The notes: generated by a model not told the origin, from the letters alone. A stretch of 64,000 nucleotides of DNA from a bacterium (GCA_037137535.1 JBAXKC010000001.1:192001-256000); one strand, 5' to 3'; positions 18,530-28,491 are shown, counted from the stretch's first letter. Made by a program: numbers and translations.

Positions 18530-20722
18530 TTATTTTACTGTTTCAGCTTCCTCGTCATTACTTGGCATCATTGCTGATACAATTTGTTTAAGATATTGAT
18601 TAGAGCTTACAGCTTCTTCTTCCTGCTTTTCACGACTTATAATTCCGAATACAGGTGTTTTATAGTCATTAAGCATTTTAGCCACTTTTTTTATAGTTGA
18701 TTTAGTTGTTTCAATACCGGTCATAAGAATTAAACCGTCATAAGCGGCACTTGCGGTAATACAATCAGGAACCGCAGCAACAGGAGGCATATCAATAAGA
18801 ACCCAATCATATGTTTTACTAAGGTGTTTAATAAGCCCTGAAAATGCAGGTGAATGTAAAAATTCACTAGGTTCTGATACGTTTCCGCCATTTGTAATTA
18901 TATGAAGCTTCTCCGACTGACCTGATTTTTGAATATAATTAACTACATTACTCCACTCATAAGTTCCCATTGAATGAAGAGATCTTGTTGACTCCATAAG
19001 AAGCTCTCTAAGATTATTTTTATGTGAATTTATAACGCTGGCTTCTTTATGAAGAGAAGGTGTTCTGAAATCAGCATCAACAATAATTACATTTTGTCCT
19101 GACTTACTTAAGGCTTTTGCCACATTCATAAGAATTGTAGATCTTACTTTAGAATAATCAGTTGAAGTAAAGGCAATAGACTTAACTCCCGATCTATAGC
19201 CTCTTATTTTCATGGCTGAAAGCAATTTTTGATATGCAAGAGAATAAAATGAAGCGCTTTCTTCTATAGAAATATTTGTGCCTGATTCACCATAAAGCTG
19301 TTTATCAAGCCATGGAATAATTCCAAGAATAGGAGCATTAACATCTTTTTCAATGTCTTCGGCTTCTTCATAAGTGTCTTTTATTAAGTATGAAATTATA
19401 CCGTTAGCAACTCCCAATAAAGAACCTAACATTGCAAACATGAATACCAATGGAAATCTTCCAGGAAATTCAGGAGCTAAAGGCATTATTGCAGATTCTA
19501 TAAGGTTTGTATGGGCTTTAACTTCAGAAAGTCTAATATCTGACTCAATTTCTTTTTCTTTAAGTATATTAACAATATGTGACCAGTTTTCTTCTTCTTG
19601 AGTTAATTGAGCATAAGTGAACTGCTTTTGAGGAATTAACTTGCTTTTTCTTTTTAATGAAGCTAAAGCAGCTTTTAATCGACCACTTTCAGCTCTATAA
19701 CCACTAGAGCTTGCACTGCTGTCAGCAAAAGACTGCATTAAATTTGTTCTTACAGGATCAGCAATAACATTTTTAACTTCGCTTGATTTCCCTGTATTAA
19801 GTTTTACCTGTTCTGTAATATCAGCCTGCATTTGTCCCAACTGAGCATCAATTTGTTCTATTTTAGGATTTGTAATAGAATATCTTGCTCCAAGACTGGC
19901 TCTTTCTTCCTTAGAAAGATTATATTTTCCAATAAGTTCGGTAAAATTAGGATTACTGCCTAAAGCAACAGCATCTACTGACTTTTTCCATGGCATTCCT
20001 ATTCTACCTGAGAGAGAGCCTGCTTTGCCTGATTCTCTACTGGCACTTGAAGCAACTTCATAGAATTTATTTTCAAGGTCGCTCATCTGCGTAACAAGTG
20101 AGGTTGACTCAGCATTTATATCAACTGATGAATTTTTAATTTTAAATAATCTTATTTGTTGTCTTACATTTGCAAGATGGTTTTCTGCATTATCAAGCTT
20201 AACTTTAATAGTATTCTTAGTATTCATTAAACCTTGTCTTGCATTATTAAGATTAAAATTAATATAATTTGAAGCGTAGCTTTGAGCAATATCTCTAGCT
20301 ATCTCAGGGTTTTTCCATTTTGCTGAAATAGCAACAACATCGGTCCCCGGAGGACTTTGAGTCTTTAATGCCGCTTTCATTATCTCAGGGCCATTTTCAG
20401 CTTTAATATTTAACTTATATTTTGCATTTACTTCATTCCATACCTGTTGAGCAAGGTCATTAGAATTTATAATTTCAAGTTGTGTTAAAACAGGGTTAGA
20501 AAATTTACTTCCGTAATTTGTCGCTTTAGGATTTGAGCCTTCTGATATTGTAATTTGATCATCATCTGTAATCATAAGTTTTGCAGTTGATGAAAAAGAT
20601 GGCTTATAAATTAATCCTGAATAAATAATCCCTGCCGCAAGACCTAATGCGGTAAAAGTAAATATTGTTTTAGAATTATTTCTCAGCAGTCCAGTTAATT
20701 TATTTATACTTAAGTTTTCCAC
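18530..20722 (-). CDS. wzc: Polysaccharide co-polymerase Wzc/GumC family with degenerate kinase domain
   Basis: N-terminal TM, periplasmic coiled coil, second TM, PILGIIP, VIIVDADFRTP, WVLIDMPP; Walker A degenerate. Confidence 0.85.
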   Translation of the reverse strand: MENLSINKLTGLLRNNSKTIFTFTALGLAAGIIYSGLIYKPSFSSTAKLMITDDDQITISEGSNPKATNYGSKFSNPVLTQLEIINSNDLAQQVWNEVNAKYKLNIKAENGPEIMKAALKTQSPPGTDVVAISAKWKNPEIARDIAQSYASNYINFNLNNARQGLMNTKNTIKVKLDNAENHLANVRQQIRLFKIKNSSVDINAESTSLVTQMSDLENKFYEVASSASRESGKAGSLSGRIGMPWKKSVDAVALGSNPNFTELIGKYNLSKEERASLGARYSITNPKIEQIDAQLGQMQADITEQVKLNTGKSSEVKNVIADPVRTNLMQSFADSSASSSGYRAESGRLKAALASLKRKSKLIPQKQFTYAQLTQEEENWSHIVNILKEKEIESDIRLSEVKAHTNLIESAIMPLAPEFPGRFPLVFMFAMLGSLLGVANGIISYLIKDTYEEAEDIEKDVNAPILGIIPWLDKQLYGESGTNISIEESASFYSLAYQKLLSAMKIRGYRSGVKSIAFTSTDYSKVRSTILMNVAKALSKSGQNVIIVDADFRTPSLHKEASVINSHKNNLRELLMESTRSLHSMGTYEWSNVVNYIQKSGQSEKLHIITNGGNVSEPSEFLHSPAFSGLIKHLSKTYDWVLIDMPPVAAVPDCITASAAYDGLILMTGIETTKSTIKKVAKMLNDYKTPVFGIISREKQEEEAVSSNQYLKQIVSAMMPSNDEEAETVK

Positions 20723-20769
20723 TATTAAAACTCCCTTTATGTCTAGTAACTAATTATGGAAATTCAGCT

Positions 20770-21942
20770 TTATCTGAAATTTTTATATCTTCTGGTCGGA
20801 TCAAATACGTCAAACCATGTATTTGTGGTATCTGATGCTCTTCTTACAGGCTCTATAATGTCAGAAATAAATCTTGTCACTCTAGCTATAGAAGAAACAT
20901 TCATATCACTTACAAGAATGGTATCGTTAGGTCTTAGAACAATGTCATTTTTTTGCGGATTTACAAATATTTTTGAAATATTACCACTTGAAGTTGTTCT
21001 TTGAACTAAAACGGTTTTTCTATTTGCATCAGGAGAAAATCCTTCAGAAAAAGCTAACGCTGAATTTATACCTGGGCTATTTGATTTAATATTATAAACA
21101 CCGGGTCTGAATACAGCCCCCATAACTCTTACAGGGAAATCAGCAGGTGCAATTGAAGAGCTTGAAATAAGTAAAAAGTCTTTATCGTTTATTTGAGCAC
21201 CTGAAGTTAATTCAGGCACATAAACACTATCTCCTGAACTTAAATAAATATCTTGTGAAGAGTCGCCCCCTTCTATCATTTTCATTAAATCAACAGACTC
21301 TTCTCGTCCTGTTTCATTATTGGTAATTTTTATATTTCTTAAATCTGCATTTAATTTAATTCCTCCAACATTTGCAATAACACTTGCTACTGTTGGCTCT
21401 GCTGTTTGCCTGAACTCGGTTGCCGTCTTATTTGGACCATTATCAGGCTCATATAAACCCGGTTTTTGCACAGCTCCTGTTATATAAATTTTTGCAGCAT
21501 GCATATTGTTTAACTTTAATGAAACTTTAGGTTTTACAAGATAATCACCCAATTTCTCTTTAAGAAGCTGAGTTAAATCTTCTACGCTATAACCCGCTAC
21601 AGCCATTTCACCAAATGGATCAATACTCGCAAAACCATCAGGTCTGACAAGTATGTCAGGCTGATTAAAATCAGGCTCACCATATACAGAAACAGCTAAA
21701 TTATCACCAGGTGCAATTAAATAACGGGTATTTAATATTTTAACTTTGGCATTTATTGTTCTGCTCGGCCTAATCGTTACATTAGGATTCTGTAAAAGAT
21801 TCATCTGGTCGGACATAAGTTCACTAGCCGCTACTACTGATTTAGCAGCACTTTTTGCTGAAACATCTACAGCCTGTACTTGATTTACGCTCATAAACAG
21901 AGCAAAAATCAAAGCTGAAGCTACAATAGTTTTTTTTGTCAT
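20770..21942 (-). CDS. wza: Polysaccharide export protein (Poly_export + SLBB domains)
   Basis: Signal peptide; YLIAPGDNL, VRPDG, ITGAVQKPGLY, VMGAVFRPGVY. Confidence 0.88.
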   Translation of the reverse strand: MTKKTIVASALIFALFMSVNQVQAVDVSAKSAAKSVVAASELMSDQMNLLQNPNVTIRPSRTINAKVKILNTRYLIAPGDNLAVSVYGEPDFNQPDILVRPDGFASIDPFGEMAVAGYSVEDLTQLLKEKLGDYLVKPKVSLKLNNMHAAKIYITGAVQKPGLYEPDNGPNKTATEFRQTAEPTVASVIANVGGIKLNADLRNIKITNNETGREESVDLMKMIEGGDSSQDIYLSSGDSVYVPELTSGAQINDKDFLLISSSSIAPADFPVRVMGAVFRPGVYNIKSNSPGINSALAFSEGFSPDANRKTVLVQRTTSSGNISKIFVNPQKNDIVLRPNDTILVSDMNVSSIARVTRFISDIIEPVRRASDTTNTWFDVFDPTRRYKNFR

Positions 21943-21997
21943 TAACTCTTCTCCTATATTCCCTCAATAAGTAGGTCATTATTTTATTATTTGTTTG

Positions 21998-22738
21998 TCA
22001 CGAAGCACCTTTACCGAAAAATACAACCGGAATTGTTTTTAATAGAATTTTGAAATCGAGTAAAATACTCCATTCTTCTATATATTTATAATCAAGCTCC
22101 ACCACTTTATTAAAATTGGTTATATCTGAGCGACCGCTAACCTGCCACATGCCTGTCAAGCCTGGAACAGTTGCAAATCTTAAATAACACCATTTGTCAT
22201 ACAACTCGACTTCTGAAGGCAATGGAGGTCTTGGCCCGACTAAACTCATTTCGCCTTTTAAAACATTAAATAATTGAGGAAGTTCATCAAGACTGTGCTT
22301 TCTAAGCAACCTGCCTATCCTTGTAACCCTCGGATCTTCTTTTAATTTAAACATCTTGTCGTTAGTCTGATTTTGCCCTTTTAATTTCTCGAGATCGGCT
22401 TCAGCATTTATTTTCATGCTTCTAAATTTATACATGTAAAAATCTTGACCGTATAATCCGACTCTTTTTTGTTTAAAAAATACAGGTCCTTGAGAATCGA
22501 GCTTGATTAATATAGCAATCAATATTAAAATCGGAGAAATCAATAAAATACCGAATCCTGTTCCTGCATAATCAATAAATTTCTTAATTGACCATTGCAT
22601 AGGTTTTCTGTATTGAAGATTAAAATTTCTTGAAAGAAGAAATCCTTCTCTCATCAGTTTTTTATTTTCAATTGTTTTAGCATGAGTAAAAACTTTATCT
22701 TCGTGCCTAACAATAGTTTTCACCTCTTCGTAAGCCAT
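21998..22738 (-). CDS. Priming sugar transferase (WcaJ/CpsE-like)
   Basis: KKFID, SQGPVFFKQKRVG, YKFRSM, DPRVTRIG, SLDELPQLFNVLKGEMSLVGPRP. Confidence 0.93.
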   Translation of the reverse strand: MAYEEVKTIVRHEDKVFTHAKTIENKKLMREGFLLSRNFNLQYRKPMQWSIKKFIDYAGTGFGILLISPILILIAILIKLDSQGPVFFKQKRVGLYGQDFYMYKFRSMKINAEADLEKLKGQNQTNDKMFKLKEDPRVTRIGRLLRKHSLDELPQLFNVLKGEMSLVGPRPPLPSEVELYDKWCYLRFATVPGLTGMWQVSGRSDITNFNKVVELDYKYIEEWSILLDFKILLKTIPVVFFGKGAS

Positions 22739-22915
22739 ACACGCCTCCGAAATAACTTATCTTTAAGTAAATTCAAGCCTTAAATAAAAATTCAAGGTTG
22801 CCATCTACATAAATATTGATAAAATTCACATATATGTTTATTCCACAAATGGATAATCAAATTGTCTAATCAATGCATAGCCTGTAATAAAATTTTTAGG
22901 ATAAAATTATAAATT

Positions 22916-24220
22916 ATGACTGTTATTAATGAACGAAAAGCCGCTTTAGAGGTTTTAACAAAATATTTCAATAAAGCATGCTCTTTTGACAACGAATTAG
23001 AAAATTATTCGACAAAAGTGCTAAATAAAGCTGAATTTAGAGCTTTAAGCAATGGAACTGTCAAATATAAACTTCTTCTGGATTTCTATATTTCAAAACT
23101 AATTAAAATCAACGCAAAAACAAATCCCTACGCTATTAATGTTTTAAGACTGGGAATATACGAGCTTATTTTTACTAAAAATCCACCTTATGCCGTTATA
23201 AACTCTTATGTAGAAATAATGAAAACCTGTAAAAAAGAGTTATCCTCTTTTATAAATGCGGTCTTACGCAACTTTACACGAAAAAAAGAAGAATTAGACA
23301 AAATTATAAACAAAATGCCTTTACTGGAAAAAACAAGTATTTTACACTCTCACCCCGAATTTATGGTGAAAGAGTGGCTAGAAACCTATGGAGAAGAAGA
23401 AACAGTTAAAATTTGCAGCTATAATAACTCTGCTCCTAAAATCTCATTAAGAATTAACTCTTTAAAAACCGATTTAAACACTTTCACAAAAACACTTTCA
23501 GAAAATAATATTAATTTCTCTTTTAGCAAAGTCAAAAATATCATTATTTTAGAAAATGCTTTGGATATAAGAGAAATAGCAGGATTTAAAGAAGGAACAT
23601 TCGTTGTTCAAGGTGAAGGCTCTACTCTTGTAAGCTATGTACTATCACCGGAAGAAAATGACGAAATACTTGATATGTGTGCAGCACCAGGGGGGAAAAC
23701 CTTACACATAGCAGAACTTATTAAAAACAATGGAAAAATAACCGCAGTTGATATTAGTGCTAAAAGACTTGAACGAATAAAAGAAAATGCAAACCGGCTT
23801 GATTTTGACTGTGTAAATACATTTTGCTCCGATGCAACAACATTCCAAAGCTCGCAAAAATACGACAAAATATTAGTAGATGCACCATGCTCAAATACGG
23901 GAGTTCTCTCTAAAAGAGCCGATGCTCGCTGGAATAGAACACCTGAAGATATAATTAATCTTTCAGTTTTACAACTAAAAATACTAAATAATGCTGCAAA
24001 ACATTTAAAACAAGGCGGGATTATTGTATATAGCACATGTAGCATTGAAAAAGCTGAAAATGAAGAAGTTATCTCAAACTTTTTAGAAGAGAATAAAGAT
24101 TTTAAACTTGAAGACGTTTCAGACTTTGTTTCATTTAAAACAAATAACAAAATGCTTACGCTTCTTCAATCAACTAATAATACAGATGGCTTTTTTATTG
24201 CAAAACTAAAAAAATATTAA
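22916..24220 (+). CDS. rsmB: 16S rRNA m5C967 methyltransferase
   Basis: NusB-like N-domain, SHP, DMCAAPGGK, DAPCS, YSTCS, DGFFIA. Confidence 0.93.
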   Translation: MTVINERKAALEVLTKYFNKACSFDNELENYSTKVLNKAEFRALSNGTVKYKLLLDFYISKLIKINAKTNPYAINVLRLGIYELIFTKNPPYAVINSYVEIMKTCKKELSSFINAVLRNFTRKKEELDKIINKMPLLEKTSILHSHPEFMVKEWLETYGEEETVKICSYNNSAPKISLRINSLKTDLNTFTKTLSENNINFSFSKVKNIIILENALDIREIAGFKEGTFVVQGEGSTLVSYVLSPEENDEILDMCAAPGGKTLHIAELIKNNGKITAVDISAKRLERIKENANRLDFDCVNTFCSDATTFQSSQKYDKILVDAPCSNTGVLSKRADARWNRTPEDIINLSVLQLKILNNAAKHLKQGGIIVYSTCSIEKAENEEVISNFLEENKDFKLEDVSDFVSFKTNNKMLTLLQSTNNTDGFFIAKLKKY

Positions 24221-24663
24221 TTATGCCCAAATTAAAACAACTCCCTCAATAAAGAAAAAGTTGTTGTTATTTTTGATTTAAATTAGTACATCCATCTTAA
24301 ACGAAATTATTAAATTGTCTGATTAGTCTATATATAATAATACAAAAATGATTTTTTATTGCTTCAAATCGTAGTAGTATTACACAAATGTAACATTGAG
24401 AATTCACAGACAAAACAATAAACACAGCCCAACCTCATTCAGAGGCATTAATATATAAACAATCAAAACATGCCATCAGAAAAAACAGCTTAGTTCTATT
24501 TACTAATTACAAAATTTAGTGTATGATGGTTTTGATTTTACATCCTTTAGTACTTAAACGATATGTCTGATCTAGTTTTCAAAAACTAGATTTTTTTTGC
24601 CAAAAATTCGACAAAAGTCGAATAAGGATAAAATATAACACTAAATAAAAATACAATCAACTT

Positions 24664-25317
24664 TTATCTATTTGGCTTATCAAGCTTAAAAAGCATCTTA
24701 TAAAGCGTATCTTTAAAATAAAAATCCATTATCATATATTCCTTAGCAGGACTATACGAAACTTCTATTGCAAATTTATTAAACGGTTTAGGCTTTAAAA
24801 TAGGCATAAAAGGAAACTTTAAAACTTTTTTAACTAAAAGCATTCTTTTTTGTCGTTTCGTATAATTCTTTTTAACTTCTTTTCTTGCGACAAGCTCCCT
24901 ACCTACAAATTGCTTTTTAAACACAGGTACAAGACCGATAAGCTTGCCGTTTTGCTTAAACATAACGAAGTCATAAGAATTATAATTTGATGGCTTTAAC
25001 AGATACTCACCCACCGCAAGTTTAATTGTGCGACAATTCAATACATTTGAAATCCTAATCAACGGATAAGGACTATAAATAATAGATCGATAATACTCCA
25101 TCGTTTCATCGGGATCTTCGTTATTAAGATAATTAATATCTAAAATAGGCAAATCGTCATATATTTTTTTGTATTCCTCAGGAGTAAGTGTTTTTTGAAC
25201 TTCCGGCAAAATAATTTCAGGATTATTTTTTTGTTTTGCACTTTTTGCATCACAAAATGCTCCCTGAAAAGAGAATACAATAATTAATAAGAAACAAAAT
25301 AATTTTTTTTTCGTCAT
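24664..25317 (-). CDS. Hypothetical exported protein
   Basis: 217 aa with N-terminal signal peptide. Confidence 0.7.
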   Translation of the reverse strand: MTKKKLFCFLLIIVFSFQGAFCDAKSAKQKNNPEIILPEVQKTLTPEEYKKIYDDLPILDINYLNNEDPDETMEYYRSIIYSPYPLIRISNVLNCRTIKLAVGEYLLKPSNYNSYDFVMFKQNGKLIGLVPVFKKQFVGRELVARKEVKKNYTKRQKRMLLVKKVLKFPFMPILKPKPFNKFAIEVSYSPAKEYMIMDFYFKDTLYKMLFKLDKPNR

Positions 25318-25399
25318 ATAAATTCGGCTCTGCTACTTCTATTATTATATTTTAACCCTATATCAAAAAAACACAATTAAAATAATTTTAAAAACATGC

Positions 25400-25429
25400 T
25401 TGACAACAAAACCGTGTCTTAGTTAATAT
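25400..25429 (+). promoter_or_regulatory. Sigma70-type promoter of the tRNA operon
   Basis: TTGACA at 25400, 18-bp spacer, TAATAT at 25424. Confidence 0.65.
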
Positions 25430-25452
25430 AAATATATTCTGAAATCCACTTA

Positions 25453-25526
25453 CGGGAAGTAGCGCAGCTTGGTAGCGCACCTCGCTTGGGACGAGGGGGT
25501 CGCAGGTTCGAATCCTGTCTTCCCGA
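25453..25526 (+). tRNA. tRNA-Pro(UGG)
   Basis: CGGGAAG/CTTCCCG acceptor stem, CCTCG-CTTGGGA-CGAGG anticodon arm, GGTTCGAATCC; CCA not encoded. Confidence 0.97.
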
Positions 25527-25569
25527 TATCTAAAGATCAGAATTAAACCTTGAAAATATAATAAAAAAT

Positions 25570-25642
25570 GCGGGTGTAACTCAGTTGGTAGAGTGATAGC
25601 CTTCCAAGCTATATGTCGAGAGTTCGAGCCTCTTCGCCCGCT
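25570..25642 (+). tRNA. tRNA-Gly(UCC)
   Basis: GCGGGTG/CGCCCGC stem, ATAGC-CTTCCAA-GCTAT arm, GTTCGAG; CCA not encoded. Confidence 0.96.
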
Positions 25643-25665
25643 ATTTTTATATTTTATAATATTAT

Positions 25666-25742
25666 GGCGAGTGTCGCCAAGTGGTCAAGGCATCGGTTTG
25701 TGGTACCGATATGCGTGGGTTCAACTCCCATCACTCGCCCCA
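25666..25742 (+). tRNA. tRNA-His(GUG)
   Basis: 8-bp acceptor GGCGAGTG/CACTCGCC (G-1), TCGGT-TTGTGGT-ACCGA arm, followed by CCA. Confidence 0.96.
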
Positions 25743-25753
25743 TATATAATTTT

Positions 25754-25781
25754 AAAAGCTCCTTGTTTAGAGGAGTTTTTT
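25754..25781 (+). terminator. tRNA operon terminator
   Basis: AGCTCCT...AGGAGTT hairpin followed by a T-run. Confidence 0.6.
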
Positions 25782-25897
25782 AATGTTGTTTAATATTTCA
25801 TTTTAAAATGATAATAGCATTTTAAATTTACTCTGATTTTATCAGATCACCAAAATAAAGAGATGATTAAAGGATAATTCTTAATATTGCGATAAAA

Positions 25898-26266
25898 CTA
25901 TGATTTATTCAACTTAAGTTGATTAATAATGAATAAAGCGATTCCATTAAGAGTAAACAAGACGGGCAAGTATATTACAGACCCAAATAAAAAAATAAGG
26001 CCATAAACGATAATACAATTAACGATATTTAGTTTTGCCCCAGTATCATTGAACAGCATAAGAACGGAAGCAAAAAGAAAACAACAAATAATATATATGG
26101 CTGTAACTACACTTGATAATATACTACAAACAATCATTGAATATTTTTCTTTAATTTTTTTCTTTATAATAAAAATTACAAGGGGTGAAAGTATTAATGA
26201 AACAATAAGCACCAATCCAACAAAATTAGGATTAAAAAGTGATAAAGCTAATGAGATTAAATTCAT
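25898..26266 (-). CDS. Small hydrophobic membrane protein
   Basis: 122 aa, about 3 TM segments, GAGG RBS. Confidence 0.6.
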   Translation of the reverse strand: MNLISLALSLFNPNFVGLVLIVSLILSPLVIFIIKKKIKEKYSMIVCSILSSVVTAIYIICCFLFASVLMLFNDTGAKLNIVNCIIVYGLIFLFGSVIYLPVLFTLNGIALFIINQLKLNKS

Positions 26267-26465
26267 AAATATTTAAACCTCTTATTGGATTAATAACATA
26301 CAAGATAATTGTCATTACGAGTATACTGATTTTTTTTGAATTAAGCAACGTTGATAAGTTTCTTAGTTTTGTAGATTTCAAGCAAGCATGGCATGATTTA
26401 ATTCCAATTATTTTTTATCACCGCCCCATATATAATTTTTGATAATTTAACAGATTCTATTCACT

Positions 26466-26499
26466 TTATTTTATTGATGGGCTTAAAGCCCTACCGACT
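26466..26499 (-). repeat. REP-like element copy 1
   Basis: Reverse complement AGTCG-GTAG-GGCTTTAAGCCC-ATCAATAAAATAA. Confidence 0.6.
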
Positions 26500-26629
26500 G
26501 TAATCTTTTCTTAGGCTCTATTATTAGATTTAAAATTAATATTTAAGTTTATAAAAAAGAGCTAGTAATACAAATTTGCTAATGCTTTAGCTTTTTTATA
26601 AAATATTACAATAATGCTTGTAGTTTTAA

Positions 26630-27763
26630 TCGGGAGCCATTGAGGATTACACAAAAGCTATCTCTATTAATCCTACCTATGAAGAGGCTTATGTCAACAG
26701 AGGATGGTCTAAATCAAAGTTAGGCAATGAGACAGGAGCAATTGAGGATTATACAAAAGCTATCTCCATCAATCCTAGCGATACTAAGGCTTATGACAAC
26801 AGAGGAAGCGCTAAAGCTATGTTAGGAGATAAAACAGGGGCAGTTCAGGATTATAATAAAGCTATCTCCATCAATCCTAATAATGCAAAGGCTTATTACA
26901 ACAGAGGCAATTTAAACTATGAGTTAGGCAATTATGCAGGAGCAATTGAGGACTATACAAAAGCTATCTCCATTAATCCTAACGTTGCAGAGACTTATAG
27001 CAACAGAGGATTGGCTAAATCAAACTTAGGTAATAAAACAGGAGCAATTGAGGATTATACAAAAACTATCTCCATCAATCCTAATAATGCAGAGGCTTAT
27101 TACAACAGAGGAACAGCTAAAGCTCAGTTAGACAATTGTACAGGAGCTATTGAGGATTATACAAAAGCTATCTCCATCAATCCGAGCTATGAAGTGACGT
27201 ATTACAACAGAGGAAAGTCTAAAGCGGAGTTAGGAGATAAAACAGGAGCTATTGAGGATTATACAAAAGCTATCGGCATTAATCCTAACTTTGCAGAGGC
27301 TTATCGCAATAGAGGATTGGCTAAATCAGACTTAGATAATAAAACAGGAGCTATTGAGGATTATACAAAAGCTATATCCATTAATCCTAGCTATGCAGAG
27401 GCTTATAGCAACAGAGGGTGGGCTAAATTAGACTTAGGAAACAAAACAGGTGCAATTGAGGATTATACAAAAGCTATATCCATTAATCCTAGCTATGCAG
27501 AGGCTTATGATAACAGAGGATGGGCTAAAGATGAGTTAGGAGATAAAACAGGAGCTATTGAGGACTATACAAAAGCTATCGGCATTAATCCTAACCTTGC
27601 AGAGGCTTATATCAACAGAGGATTGACTAAAGATGAGTTAGGAGATAAAACAGGAGCTATTCAAGATTTGACAAAAGCAAAAGAGCTCTATTTAAGTCAA
27701 CAAGATTATGAAGGATACAAATTACTGATTGAAGCTATAAATAAAATAAATAATGGAAATTAA
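26630..27763 (+). CDS. TPR-repeat protein (~10 tandem 34-aa/102-bp repeats), apparently 5'-truncated; first in-frame ATG at 26819
   Basis: Repeated GAIEDYTKAISINPxxAEAYxNRG; two more in-frame repeats lie upstream of the ATG, back to a TAA at 26627-26629. Confidence 0.85.
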   Translation, partial: SGAIEDYTKAISINPTYEEAYVNRGWSKSKLGNETGAIEDYTKAISINPSDTKAYDNRGSAKAMLGDKTGAVQDYNKAISINPNNAKAYYNRGNLNYELGNYAGAIEDYTKAISINPNVAETYSNRGLAKSNLGNKTGAIEDYTKTISINPNNAEAYYNRGTAKAQLDNCTGAIEDYTKAISINPSYEVTYYNRGKSKAELGDKTGAIEDYTKAIGINPNFAEAYRNRGLAKSDLDNKTGAIEDYTKAISINPSYAEAYSNRGWAKLDLGNKTGAIEDYTKAISINPSYAEAYDNRGWAKDELGDKTGAIEDYTKAIGINPNLAEAYINRGLTKDELGDKTGAIQDLTKAKELYLSQQDYEGYKLLIEAINKINNGN

Positions 27764-27785
27764 GAGCCTAATTAAACCACCGGAA

Positions 27786-27818
27786 TTATTTTATTGATGG
27801 GCTGAAGCCCTACTGACT
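27786..27818 (-). repeat. REP-like element copy 2
   Basis: Reverse complement AGTCA-GTAG-GGCTTCAGCCC-ATCAATAAAATAA; near-identical to copy 1. Confidence 0.6.
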
Positions 27819-27927
27819 CAATATTGAATAATATTGTAGCTACATGTTAATAATCAGTATATATAATCTTTTGGAGCATAAAAGTAAAAATAAATTTGGA
27901 TAAAATAATTTTACGAGGTGTTTTAAA

Positions 27928-28491
27928 ATGTCAAAAACAAATAAATCAATTTGGCAAGATATAGAAAAATCTTTAAATGAGCTTGATAAACAAGAGCTAA
28001 TCAATTTATTAAAAAATATATATGAAAAATCAACTGATACTGAAATGCTTATTAACGCAAAATTTGATAAAAAAAGTAAAAGAGTGTTGGAAAATTATCG
28101 AAAAAAAATCATCAAAGCTTTTATGACTGACAAAGAACCTCCTGAGTTGCCTAAAATAAAAGAAGGAATGAGTGCAATAAGCGACTATAAAAGTGCAACT
28201 AAAGATTTAGCAGGCACTATAGATTTGATAATAACTTATTCTGAGCATGCAATAAAATACTCTAATGAGCTTTGTTATGACGAAGAAGATCTTGAAAACA
28301 GCGTTTATGATCTTATGCAAGAAATGAAAGATATTATTTTAGAAAATAAAGCCGAAAGATATCTTGAATCTTTCAGCGATGAATTGCTAAAACTGCATAA
28401 ATTAGCGGATAAAGCAGAAGATTTTATGTTTGAAGCGTTTATAGGTGAAGCTTTAGAAGAAATAGGTTTAAAAGAAAGTGATGATGAATAA
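27928..28491 (+). CDS. DUF6155-like helical protein
   Basis: GAGG RBS; LNELDKQELINLLKNIY...YRKKI...AISDYK pattern resembles DUF6155 from memory. Confidence 0.55.
   Translation: MSKTNKSIWQDIEKSLNELDKQELINLLKNIYEKSTDTEMLINAKFDKKSKRVLENYRKKIIKAFMTDKEPPELPKIKEGMSAISDYKSATKDLAGTIDLIITYSEHAIKYSNELCYDEEDLENSVYDLMQEMKDIILENKAERYLESFSDELLKLHKLADKAEDFMFEAFIGEALEEIGLKESDDE

Noticed and set aside
25593-25793. 66-aa ORF
   Set aside because: Overlaps tRNA-Gly and tRNA-His; spurious.
26633-27660. Tandem repeats as a CRISPR array or DGR target
   Set aside because: Repeats are 102-bp in-frame TPR units without unique spacers; no cas or reverse transcriptase genes in the window.
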